A stretch of DNA of 64,000 bases from positions 7,119 through 71,118 of the forward strand of contig QPMI01000289.1 in assembly GCA_004431415.1 (NCBI GenBank). Reading direction: 5' to 3'. Source of the DNA: Cyanophora paradoxa CCMP329. Its lineage: Eukaryota; Plantae; Glaucophyta. Numbering within the stretch: position 1 is the first letter of the stretch; every line of letters starts with the position of its first letter. The position numbers and the translations under genes are program-made. Below the pieces are notes generated by a model. It was given only the letters and a program-made list of their open reading frames with translations, was not told where the DNA came from and made no database searches. This document shows positions 1 to 12,600 of this stretch, one piece after another.

Positions 1-3000
1 GCGCGGGAGGGCGTGGAGGGGCGGGCGGCCTGGCACCCCCAGGCGGGCGCAGAGCTCCTTGAAGAGGGCGGGTAGTCCCGCGCCGGCACCTGCGCCGCCC
101 CGGGGCGCCCGCGTCAGGCGCCGAGGGGGGAGTGGGGGGGGGGGGGGGGGGGGGGGGAGGGCGGGCGGGCCTGCCAGAGGGCGAAGTCGTGGCGGTCGAG
201 GCGGGAGGGTCCCGCATGAACTCCGGCTCCCCGGGCCCTTAGGCGTCCCCTCGAACGACCCCGGCCGCCCCGCCCCCGCCGCCCCGCCCCCGCCCGCCGC
301 GGCCGCCGCCGCCGCGGCCGCCGCGGCCGCCGCGTCGCCCGGGCGCTGCACGCCGAGCAGGATGTACGTGTGCATCTCTGCGGGGCGGAGCGTGGGTGTG
401 TGAAGAGGGATAGAGGCGCGGGGGCGGACCGCCCTTGCCCTTGACGTAGACCTTGCCGCGGTCCTCGAAGGAGAAGCGCCCCCGCAGGCGCTCGTACGCG
501 TCCTTCGACACCTGGCCCCGCCCCGCCCCGCCCCGCCCCCGTCAGAGCGGCGGGGCGGGAGGGAGGGGGGGCGCCGCCCGCGCCCGCCCCGGACCTGCGT
601 GCGGCCGGGCACGCCGCTGCTCTCCATGCGGCTCGCCACGTTGACCGCGTCGCCCCTGCGCCCCGCGGTCTCAGCGAGCGCTCGGTCGCTCGCGCAAGCG
701 CGGGGGGCGGTGCGGGGCGGGCGGGCCAGAGGTCGTAGAGGTACTTCTTCTTGCCGATGACGCCGGCGACGACGGTGCCGACGTGGAGGCCGACGCGGAT
801 GCGGAAGGGGCGCCCGTCGAAGCCCCGGTACTGGCTCACCACCTCGTGCATCCCCAGCGCCATTTTCTGCGTGCGCAGCGCTCCCTTTTTCGCCGGGGCG
901 GGGCGGGGCGGGGCGGGGCGGGGGCGGACGGCCATGCGGTCGAGCGGGGGCTCGACGCCCGGGGGCCGGGGCTCGTCGCCCTGCTCGAGGACGCCGGCGG
1001 CGCACATGAAGGCGTCCCCCAGCGTCTTGATCTTCTCCACCCGGTACTCCTCCGCCAGCGAGTCGAACTGCGAGAAGATCTCTGCCCCCCAGCCCCCGTC
1101 AGCGCCCCGCCCCGGCCCCTCCACAGCGCCGGGGCCGGGGGCGGGGGCGGACCGTTGAGGAGGCGGACGAGGTCGGCGGCGTCCATGGAGCCGGCCAGCG
1201 GCGTGAACTCCACTGCGCCCCGCCCCGAGCTCAGCCCGCCCCGCCGGCCACGAGGAGGCGGCGGGCACCGATGTCGGCGAAGAGGATGGCGACGCCGTCG
1301 CAGCGGTCGGCGATGCACTCCTGGGGCGCCTCCATCAGCCGCCGCGCGATCCTGCCGCGCGGGGCCCCCTTCAGCGCCCCCAGCCCGCCGCGCCCCGGCC
1401 GCGGGGCCGGCCGGAGCGGTGTGGCGCACGACGGGGGCAGCATGTTGGCGAGCAGCTGCTCGGTCCTGGGGGGCGGCTCAGCGGTGCGGCTGGGGCGGGG
1501 CGGGGCGGGGCGGGGCGTGCTTGAGGCGCTGGGCGGCGAGGGCGGCCTCCATCTCCTTGCGGGCGGTGATGTCCCGGATCATCCCCACGAAGAAGTGCTC
1601 CCGCCCGATCACCATCTCCCTGCGCCCCCGCCCCGCCCCGCTCGCCCCGCGCCCCGTGCTCCGCACATCGCGCGGCGCCGGGCGGGGCGGGGCGGACGAC
1701 ATGGAGAGCTCGATGGGGAACTCGGAGCCGTCGGCGCGCTTGCCGACGACCTCGCGGATCGTCCCCACCACCATGCTCTTCTTCGTCTCCAGGTACCGCC
1801 GCAGGTACTCGTCGTGGTTCCGCGCGTACCGCTCCGGCATCAAGATGTCCACCTTGTTCCCTGCCGCGAGGACGGAGCGTCAGGCGGGCGGGGGCGGCGG
1901 GGCGTCCGGGGCGGGGCACCGAGCATGGTGGAGAGGGGGGTGCCGAAGATCTCGCAGAGGCGCTGGTTCCCGCTCAGGATGATCGAGCGCGCGTCGATCA
2001 GGCAGATCCCGTCGTTTGCCTGCGGGCAGGGGGGGGGGGGGGGGGGGGGGGAACGATCAGCGGGGAGGGGGGCGAGAGGGCGGGGCCACGGGGCGCGCCG
2101 TGGCCATGATCTGCTTGGAGCGGTACTCCTCGAGGGCCGCCTTCTGCCGCGAGTCCTCCAGCCGCCGCGTCACCTGCCTCGGCGCTCGGCGCCCGCGCCC
2201 AGCCCCGGCCCCGCCCCGCCCCGCCGGGCCCCGCCCCGCGCACCGTCATGATGCGGTTCGCCATCCGCGAGTAGGAGGCCTCGATGTAGCCTGCCGGGCC
2301 GTCGCGGGGCGGGCGGGGGCGGGGGCGGGGGCGGGCGAGGGGAGCGGGGGCACCGGCCTCGAGGTACTGGCGGATGGGGGCGCCCTCGGGGGGCTCCTCG
2401 AAGGCGGGGAGGGCCCCCAGGCCGCCCTTCCTCGAGCTGTTCTCGTCGAAGAAGCGGTCCATCCGCGCGCACAGCTGCTCCCCGCGTTCACCGCGTTTCA
2501 GCGGGGGGGTGGGGGGCGGGGGCGGGGGCGGACGGCGTGGAGGGGCCGGGAGATGCGGCGGGAGAGGGCGAGGGCGAGGAGGAGGGTGGCGAGGACGTCG
2601 ACCCCCGCGATGGCCGCCGCCGCCGCCACCGCCTGCCCCGCCCCCTCAGCCCGCGGCGCCGGGCGAGGGGCGCGGGGCGCGGGGCGGGCACGGGGCGGGG
2701 GCGTCGGGGGCGGGGAGGGGCGGGGCCGGCGTAGAGGATGCCGGCGACGGCCGCCACGACGGCGACCGTCAGCAGCTTCGGCAGCAGCGCGTGCACCTGC
2801 GGGGGGGGGGGGGGGCCGCTCGGCCGCCCCGTACGAGTCGGGCCGGCGGGGTGCGGGCGGGGCGGACGAGGATGAGGGTGCGGGCGCTGGCCCAGTCGCC
2901 GGAGATGGCGGCCCGGAAGCTGGCGAGGCTCTCCCGCCGCGTCTGCGCCCTCGGCTCGAAGCTCGGCACCTCCGACGACCTGCCCCCCGCCCCCGGTCGC

Positions 3001-3534
3001 CCCCGACGTCGATCCGCTGCCGGCCGCGCGGGGCGGGATGGTGGCGGCGCGCACGACAGGTCGGCCTTGAGGCGCTCCTGCAGCGCCTCGGCGTGCGCCC
3101 CTTGCACCTGCGCCCCCGTCGCAGGCGGTCCGGGGCCGGGCGGGGCGGGGCGGGACGGGCGGGCGGGCCTGGGAGAGGTCCGAGCCGCCGTGGAAGAGCT
3201 TGCCGCCCTGCTCGGGGTCGAGCTCGAAGAGGCCCCGGTTGACGACGACGGCCCGCTCCCCCGCGGGCCCCGTGCTGCTCCCCTTCCGCGAGGCCGCCTC
3301 CTCCCCGTCCAGGAACTTGATGTTCGCATCCGAGCGCGTCCCGTAGCCGCCGCCGGCGCCACTCGCCCTGCGCGCCCCCGCCCGGCGGCCGGCGTGTTCA
3401 GCCGGCGCAGCTGCAGGGCGAGGCAGGGGGCGGCCCCCCCGCGGCCGAGCGCACCTCGCCGCGCCAGGCTTCACACCGTCTGTGGCCGCCGGCTGCGGGT
3501 GCACACGCGCATCTTGGGCGGGGGGAAGCGCCAT
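1..3534 (-). CDS. Multi-exon membrane-anchored PAS-domain class III adenylate cyclase; 3' end probably extends past the window start
   Basis: Spliced exons give cyclase motifs ILFADI(V)EFT, [65 protein letters not shown] and RGKVYVKGKG. K in KIKT and D in YDLW are the adenine-specifying residues. There is a FixL-like PAS segment DILMPERYARNHDEYLRRYL...VVGKRADGSEFPIELSMS (about 1700-1855) and hydrophobic segments at about 2550-2800. ATG at 3534 (MALPPAQD) is a tentative start. Confidence 0.85.
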
Positions 3535-4828
3535 GACGCCCCTCGGAGGGCGCGATGGCCGCGGCTGCTGCTGCGCGCCAGCGGCTGCGCTCGCCCTGCG
3601 CGAGTTCACGGCGCTGTCGTGACCCTCGCGGCCTTCCTCGCCCCGATCCAGCTCAATTAATCAGTCCTCCGAGCTCGAGGGTCGCTCTTGTGCCCGATCG
3701 ACCTCGACGAGTCGCATGCGCATGCCGCGCTGCTCCGAGGCTCCCGCAGTAATACTCGAATAGTGGCGCGCGGCCAGTACGCTTAGGCGCGGCTAGCCTA
3801 GTAGTAGCGCCGGCTACTCTACAGTCACGGTAGCCTGCAGGCTGCAGGGCCAGTGCAGGCTGCACGCGTGCGGTACACTGTGACACGTACGTATACGCGT
3901 GGCGTCGCGTGCACTGCGCGGCCGCCGGGCAGCTTTTCTACTAGGCTAGTCACTGCACTGATCAGAGTACGATATCGCGATCGGCCCAGCGACCCTTCCG
4001 AGAGTCCGAAGTTCCTAACTAAGTAAGTTACGTATACGAATGCGCTGCGCATGCGGCATGCGGCATGCCAGTGATGCCACAGTGGCAGACAGTGCTGCGT
4101 ACTCAGTATAACAGTGCGTATGCAGGGCATTGCAGGCTCTTAGACCTTTGTTCGAGCCTCGGAGTCGACGTCGGTTCCGACTCAACTTCCGAGTACCCTG
4201 GCTGCTGTTGCTGCGGAGGTTGGGAGGGGAAGAAGCGGCGATCTCGACTCTTGAGTCACGGCCGTTGCTCAAAGATCACGTCGTGTACCCTAAAAGCCAA
4301 TTTCCGTGTACCCCGGAGGCCCGGCCGCCCAATTTAATTTCCGGCCAATTTCCAGCTGGTGAACTTCCGCTTGGATCATGATCATGATCAGGTCCGATTC
4401 CGTCTGAAGACTCCGGAACTTGGCAAACGCCGCGCCTGATCCAATCTGGATCGATCATCTTGGATCGATACAGTATCAAGTACTTGGTTACGTATACGCG
4501 GGCCCAACGCGGCGCGTACGGTCAATTTGCAAATTGGATGCTACCGTGTGCTACGCGTACGTGAGCTTCGAAATTCCGCGTCGACCGTCGCCGGTCCGTC
4601 GGTCCGGCGTCGGACGTCAATCGCGAGCTCGAGCCGCACAATCGCAAGTACTACGGTAGTAGCCAGTTTACGGTGCGAGGTGCGAGACCGTGCGACACCG
4701 TGCGAGTCGGTGCGACTAGCAGCAGCTGCAGGCAGCAGTATACGTAGATCTTGATACAAACCGGCGCGAGCCGCGCGGAGCGCGAGCTCTGAAGCACTTG
4801 TGGTCGCAGACTACCGGTAGTACTCGCA

Positions 4829-7800
4829 ATGAAGGTCGACAACGTCCTCGGCGCCATCGGTGCGTTTCCCTTGCCACACCGCCGCCACCCATGGCGCCGG
4901 CCAGGCCTAGGCCTGCGACGTTTATATATTTAGGCACGTCGGCGGCGGTGTCGCCCCGCGGCCGCGGCGCACGCGCTTGAATTTAAAGCGTTTGCACTAT
5001 CATGATTCGCTGACATGTACATATGCATTGCGCGCCGCTGCGGCAGGCAACACGCCGCATGTGCGTATGAGCCGGCTCTACAAGGAGGCCGAGGAGCGCG
5101 ACGTGAGCCACCCCGGCCCGGGGCCAGCCTAGGCCTGCCGGCCGCGGCCTATGAGCCGCCGCGCTCGTCGCGGGCTATAGCTACGCGCGCTCTAGATCTT
5201 GAATAAATCTAATTAAAATTCGAGTGCCTTGCCAACATCGATAACTCACCCTTCGGTTCGGTTTTGCACTCGCGATCGCCAGATCAAAGTGTACTGCAAG
5301 CTTGAGCGCTCGAACCCAGGTGCGGCTTCCCGTGCACCTGTCCCAGCCCAGCGCTAGCCCGGCCCGGCCTCGAGCTCATGATCATGGGGTTGCGCGCGCA
5401 CGCGCAGGCGGGTCGATCAAGGACCGTATCGCCCTCAAGATGTCAGTCCGCCGCCCCTGGGCCTGGGCCTGCCTCCTGCTCGCCGTCCCCGGGGCGCGAT
5501 GCTCAAGCCAGCGGCCGGGCCGGCGCCCGGCGCCCGCAGGCTCGAGGACGCCGAGGAGCGCGGGGTACTCAAGAAGGGCATGGAGGTGCGCTGCACCCGG
5601 CCCGCCCGAGCCTACGGCCTGATGGCGAACCCCCCCGCGCCGCGGCCGCCCCCGCCCGGAACCCCGGGCCCGCCTTCCCCGCCCGCGTGCTGCTCTGAGC
5701 CTGATCATGACGCCTGCCGGATGTCGGCGAATTTAAAGGTCATTGAGCCGACGAGCGGGAACACCGGCATCGGTGCGCGGCGTGCTGCCTAAGCTTATAT
5801 TTATACGCCCCACGTGCACCGGTACCCCGCGAGCCTGATCGATACCGTACGCGTCATGCAGGCCTGGCCATGGTTTGCGCAATCAAGGGGTGCGTCCGCG
5901 CGATCCCTCCCTGCCTGCCTGCTCGATCCCTACGATCGACTTCGAATATTAATTCAAACTCTCGCGGGCACGCGCGCAGATATCCTCTCACGCTCGTGCT
6001 CCCGGAGTGCGCCTACCCCATTCTCGCCCCTGTACCCCCGCGTCGCCCCACCCGACAGGCCCCCCACCCTCCCCTCTCAGGACCGTTTCCCTCGAGCGCC
6101 GCCGCCTTATCGCTGCATACGGGTACGGGCACAGATTTAGCTCCAGAGCGCCGAGGAGCATATATATAGGCATAGACAAGACCAAGCGAAGATTCCGAGG
6201 TTCCGAGGGCGCGCACCCCGCAGGGCCAAGGTGATCCTCACCCCGCGGACGATGAATTTGCAGATGGTCATCAGGTACACCCAGGATCTGGTACCCGGCC
6301 TTCGCCCCCCCCCCCCTTCCCCCCGCCCAGGCCCGGCCCCGGCCCGGGGCCCGGGGGCCGGGGCTCTTCTAAAATGTTAGCCTCAATATATATATTATGA
6401 TCTGTGACCGTTGAACGTCCTCTTCCGCGCCAGGCCGCGGCGAACCCGAACTACTTCATGCCGGCTCAGTTCGAGAACGAGGCCAACATCCGCGCGCGTA
6501 CCCCTGCACCCCAACGATCCCTGTACCCCCTTCGCGATTGACGTTTCGGGGCAGGCGCACGTCGAGACGACTTCCGAGGAGATCGCCGCCGATTTCCCCG
6601 AGGGCAAGTCGTACCCCGCGGCCTAGAAAATGATATTACTTGGAATTTAATGGCCTGAGCCGGGCCGGGGGTCCCGCAGGGATTGACTACATCATTACTG
6701 GCGTTGGCACTGGCGGGTGCGCCGGCGCCCTCGCGATTAATATAGTTTCGGGGCCTCTAGATCTGCCCAGCCCTTTGAATTTAGATCTCATGATCAAGAT
6801 CCGATCCCGGAGAGAGCTTGCCGCCTTCTCCGCGCACCTTATAATTAAGCTTCCTCCCCGTTGACGTTGCCTATCGTGATCGCCGCATGCTCAGGCACCT
6901 CTCCGGATGCGCCATGGCCCTCAAGCAGCGCTGGTCTAAGCTGAAGGGTCCGATCCGCCCCCATCCCATATCCTATCTGATTCGCCGGTTGCAATTGCAA
7001 TTGACGTCTAACGGCCGCTGGCTGCACGATGAATATATTTCGATCGTATACGTATACACGTACTTCGTCTTTCGCTCCTGCTGCGCTCAGTGACTGATCA
7101 TTCCGGCGTGCGCGCCCGCAGTCTTCGGCGTTGAGCCCGCCGACTCTGCCGTCCTCTCCGGCGGTCCGCCCCCGCCCCCGATCGCGAGCGAGGCCTAGGT
7201 TTGAGCCGGGCACTCTGCCCCTCACGCCCCCGCGCCAGGCAAGCCCGGCCCGCACAAGATCCAGGGCATCGGGGGCGGCTTCATCGTCAAAACCTGCCGC
7301 GTCGAGGCGCGCGCGCCGCTCCCCTCTGGCGCAGCCGCTGCGTCCGGCGCCGCGCGGCTGATGCACGAGGCGGCCGGGGGCGCAGCTGATGGACGGCGTC
7401 GTCACCGTCACCAACGAGGAGGCCTACGGCCCGCCCCGCCCCGCCCCCCGCCCCCGCCCCCGCCCCCCGCTGAAGCCGCCCCGCTGATCACGAGCGGGGG
7501 CCGCAGAGTACGCGAAGCGGTCGGCCCGCGAGGAGGGCGTCTTCCTCGGCATCAGGTGCACGTGCCCCGCCCCGGGCCCGTCCCGCCGCGCCCCCGCCGG
7601 GCCCGGGAAGCTAAGCACAAGGCTTGGGGGCCGGGGGCAGCTCGGGGGCCTCGCTGGCGGCGGTCGCCAAGAAGCTCCCCGACATCCCCGCCGGCTCCAC
7701 CGGTGCCCGCGCCTTGCCCCCGCCCCCCGTCGAGCTCCCCTCCCGAGGCCGGGGCTCGCCGGCAGTGCTCACCTTCTGCTACGACACGGGCGAGCGCTAC

Positions 7801-8101
7801 CTCTCCGTCGACGGCCTCTTCGAGGTCCCCGCGCCCCGGCCCTGCTCGCGCGCCTAAATTAAAGCTAGCTCGATCTATATATAGCGAGCTACAGATCGGG
7901 ACCCCTCAGATGAGAGCTGCAGGCTCGGCCCCTTGCAATTGACCAGGACGGGGGGCGCAGGTCCAGCCGGGGCAGTTCACCTTCCTCCCCGGCTGCTCCG
8001 CCGACCCCATGGCCACCGGCGCCCCCGCCCCCCCTCCCGCCCCGGCCCCCGCCCCGGCCCCGGCCCCGGCCCCCGCCGCCGCCCCGGCCCCGGCCCGTTA
8101 A
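4829..8101 (+). CDS. cysK: Cysteine synthase (O-acetylserine thiol-lyase), about 21 exons
   Basis: Exons splice to [38 protein letters not shown] (PLP lysine motif)..[75 protein letters not shown]. The stop near 8099-8101 lies in a GC-repeat stretch and is approximate. Confidence 0.92.
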
Positions 8102-9626
8102 GCCTCCCTTCGGGATCCCCGGCGCCCGGCCGCGCGCGGCCTCCAGCCCGTAGCCCGCTCGCTCGCGATCGTCGCAGCTGCACCGAGCTCGAGGCAGTAT
8201 ACGTATACATATTCAAGCTCTTCAACATTACGAGGCTTGGAGCAGAAATTCTTGTACATGCATACTCCTGAAGAATTTTGAAACGATCAAATGTATCGAT
8301 ATCGATATCGATATCTAGGCCTAGGCCTGCAGCTGCCTGAAAGATATCGATCTGCAGCTGAATTTCGAAAGCACCTGCAGCTGCGTGATCTGAACGCGCC
8401 TGGGCCGGAGAAAATTTGCCTAATTTCTATAGCTACGAAAACATGCATGCAAACGTACATGTACAGCAGCAGCTGCAGGTACGCGATCGGCTGCGCTGCA
8501 GCGGGCGCGGCTGGTCGCGGCCGGCGCATGCACGTGGCCGTGGCCATATGCACGGCCACGGTCAGCTCTTGTCGAACCGCGAGTCCAGCGCGTACGCCCG
8601 CCCGCCCCGCCGCGGCCGCGCCGGGCCTTCGAATCTAGCTGCAGCTGCAGATGCCTCCTCCGGGTCCGCTCCCACCGGCTCCTTGTCGGAGGCGCACTCG
8701 TCCGAATCTGCTGAAGAGCCGCTGCCCGCCCCGCGCCCGCGCCCGCGCCCGCTCCCGCGCGCTCCAGAACTCCCGCGGCCGTCACTCGCAAGTCGCAGGC
8801 CAGCGCGGCCGGCCGCGTTTCCCATGCGGGAGCTGTCCCAGCTACAAGCTTCAAGCCCTAGGCCTGAAGTACTAGTACTAGTACTGATGCTCTCGAATGC
8901 TGCGCGCGCGGGGCGCTGCCGCGGCGTCCTCCTAGCTAATAGGCCTATGCCTCTAGATCCAGACCGCGGCGCGCGTCCACGTCCTCCTTCTAGATCCAGA
9001 TCTGCTGCCGCTGGCAAACTGTACTGCGCGCATGTAGCTGGCAGTTGCGCCAGCAGGGGCGATGAGCATCCGCGCGCGCCGTACGAGGCCTATAGCTAGG
9101 CCGTCATATGCATGATGGCGCGCGCCGGCGCGCGCGCCGGTTCACATTCGAATTCCTGGGGAGTACCGGTCCACTTCCAAGGTCGCCAGGCGAGAAGCTG
9201 CAGCTTGCTGTCGCTGTACTCGCGTCAGCTTACGATGTAGCTATAGGTGCGCCTGGCGACGAGCCGCGCCATTTTGCGGGGGGAGGGTCTGATCCCAGCC
9301 GGGTACGGCGTTTACAATCGCGAGCACCCGCGAGGCCGGCACGCTCCGCCTGCCCGCAAGGTCGTCGCCTCGAGCTCAAGCAGTGGCAGCGCCTCGTCGG
9401 TGCGCCCAACTCCCAGGCTCGCCGTCATCGCGCGCGCCATCAAATCCTGACGTTTCGAATTCGTCGCTTCAATTCTCGGGTGCGCGCCCAGGCTTCACAA
9501 GCATGTTCGTCTTCGATCTTCGAGCGAGCGCGCGGCGTCACTCGCTCGCCTGCTGCTCGTTTTTGGGCCCGGGCCGTGCGTGCTTAACCGGCTTGTCCAG
9601 AGAAAAGCTGCAGCCGAGCGAGAAGC

Positions 9627-12600
9627 ATGGGCGGCGTGTGCTGCAAGAAGAGCCCACAGCCGCTCACCGTGCACCTTGATGGACCCTTCGCGCCGATCAA
9701 GCCGAAGAGCAGCACGCCGGCGTCCAGCGAGGAGGGCGTGCTGACGATCAGCAACGGCGAGAAGAAGGTCGCGAGCGCAGCGCCAGCGGCGCCAGCAGCG
9801 CCCGAGAAGCAGCACCAGGAGCAGCTGCAGAAGCCGGCCCCGATGTGCGATGACGCGCCGCCCGCGAAGGGCGAGAAGCCTCCGGCCGCGGCAGCCGCGC
9901 TGGAGGTCGCGGACGTGTCGCTGGAGCTCGAGTTCGGCGGCGGAGCGTCGGCCGGCGCCGGCGGCATCGACGGCGTATGCGAAGCGGCGGCGCTGCGGGC
10001 GCTGGGCGGGGCGTGGGAGGCGCGGAGCCTGGCGCAGCTGGCCGCGCTGTACCGCCTCGCGCACGAGGCGGACGCGGCGGAGTCGATGCCGCTCGTTCGC
10101 GACGGGTTCGGCGGGGACGCGGCGGCCGCTCGCGCGAGCCTGCGGCGTCTCTGCGAGAAGGGTGCGCACGTCCAATCCCCTGCGCTCGGCCCCGCCCGAC
10201 GCGCGCGGCCGCACGCAGCGCTCTCTGTGTTCGCGAGCGAGGGTGCGCCGACGGAGGAGCAGCTCGCGGACATCTGCGGCCTCGTCGCCTCCGGCGACGC
10301 CGAACTGTGCCGCAGGGCGCGCCCGCCGCCCGCTGCCCGCTCGCGCGCTCGGCTCTGATGCGGGGCCGGCAGCTGGCGGACGCGCTGCTGAAGAAGGCGG
10401 GCGGGTCGCAGCTGGCGGACCCGCGGCTGCTGGGCGCCGTCGCCCGCACGCTGGAGCGCCTCCCGCCGGGCACCTTCTCCTCCTCCGACTGGGGCAGCGT
10501 CACCGGCTTCTGCGCCGCCCAGGTGGCCCCCGCCCGCCCGCCCGCCGAGGCCCGCCGCGCCCCTGATCCCGCCCGCGCAGCTCGACCCCGCGGTCTTCAA
10601 GGCAGGCCCCGCCCGCCCGCGCCGGGGCGCCGGGGCGCCGGGGCTGAGGGGCGCGGGGCAGGGGGCGGCGCCGCAGGACGCGGACTCGCACGCGCGCCTC
10701 GAGCTCGTCGCTGCCGTCCTCGCCGCCCTCGAGGCCGCCGGCGACGGTGCGCCCGCCCCCTGCCCCCGCCGCGGCGCGGGGCTGACGGGGCGGGCAGCGG
10801 GGACGCGCGGGCGCGGGTGGGGCACGAGGACCTGGTGCGGCCGCTGAACGGACGGCTGGACGAGATCGCGCGGCAGGCGCGGGGGGAGGGCTGGTGGCGC
10901 GCCGAGGCGGCGGCGCGGCTCGCGCAGCAGGCGCTCGTCGCCGCGCGCTCCGACTTCGACCGCTTCGGCGACGCCGTGCGCCGCGCGAAGGCCGCCGGTG
11001 CGCCCGCCCCGCCGCGCGCCGGTGCGTGTCGGGGCTGACGGGGCGGGCCAGGGCGGGTGGCGGTGGTGCTCTTCCGCGCCGGCCGCCTCGTGGCCGAGGG
11101 CGTCGCTACCTGCGGCGCCGCCACCGTGCGCCCTTGCCCCCCGCCCCCCTGCCCCCCCCCCCCCCTACCCCCTACCCCCTCCCTCCCCATCCCCTCCTCC
11201 AAACAGCCCCCACCCCTCCCTCCCCTACCCTTCCCTCCCCTCCGCCCCCCTCCGTCCCTCAACCCCCCCCCCCCCTCCCCCTCCTCTCCTCTCCCCGCCC
11301 CCGCCGAAAAGCTCCCCCCTTCCCTCCTCTTCTCCCTCCCAACCCCCTCCCCGCTACACCGCCCGCCCCTCCGCCTTCGCCGGCCGCGCCGCCGCCGATG
11401 CCGGCGCAGGTGATCGACATCGTTCTGCTGTGCGCGGAGCACCGGAACGACGCGGCCGAGCTCCTCCGCGAGGTGCGGCGCGCCCCCGGCGGCCGGCCGG
11501 CCCCGCCAGAGCGGACGCCGCCACAGATCGATTCGTTCACGCTGCCGAACCCCGGCTGCCTTTCGCGCCGCTCATCCGCGGGGGCCGCAGGTGTGGGGCG
11601 CGGCGAGGGTGGTGGCGGGGGCGGACCAGCCTGCGAGCCGGCAGCGCTGGTTCGCGCGGGCGCGGCTGCTGGGGACGCTGGCGGCGCGCGGGCCGGGGAC
11701 GAGCTGGAGGCGCTGCTGGAGGAGGCGGACGGGGCGGCCCTGGCGGAGGCGGCCGCCTGCCGCGAGCTCGCCCTGGCGCTCTGCGCCGCCCTCTTCCGCC
11801 TCGCCGGCGCCGGCTGGCCGCGGGCCGCCGCGCACGTCTACATGCTCGCCCGCCGCGCCGTCGAGGCCGGCGACGCCGGCGCGGGCCGCTGGAGGCGGCG
11901 GCGGGGCCCTCGCCTCGCTCGCCGCCCTCGAGGGGGCGGCCCGGTCGCCGAGGAGGCCCTCACCTGGCTCCGCCGCCTCGCCGCCTCCAAGAGCAGCAGC
12001 GCCGCCGCCGCCGCCGCCCGCGCCGCCGCGAAGCGGACCCTCCGCCTCGACCCCGCCGCCCTCGCGGCCGCCGACTCGTGCAAGGCCCTCCCCTGCCCGC
12101 GCCTCGCGCCGGTGCCGCCGGCCGCCCCCGTCGCTCCCCTCCCTGGTGGCGGCCCGTCGGAGCTGCTGCGGGTGGCGCGCGCGGCGGCGCCGGCGGAGGA
12201 GCGGCTCGCCGAGGCGCTGCAGCAGGCGCGGGCGGCCGCGCTGGCCAAGTACGAGGCGGAGGAGGCCGAGCTGGCGAGGAAAGCACTGGAGGAGGCGGCG
12301 CACCTGCTCGTGTACGTGCCGGCGAAGGCGACGGCGGAGGCGGAGACGCGCGCCGCGCCGGACGCGCCCCGCTTCGACCTCGAGGAGGCGCTCGCGGCGT
12401 TCGCGGAGCGGGGCGAGGGGCCGGCCGGCCGGGGGCCCTACCGCAGCCTCCTCCTCTCCGGCGACTCGGGCTGCAGCAAGACGACCGTCCTGCGCCGCCT
12501 CCACCGCCGCCTGCTCGCCGCGTGGCGCCCCGGGCGGCCCTTCCCCGTCTTCCTCTCCCTCCCCTCGCTCGGGCCCCACCGCCGCCTGGCCGACGCGCTG

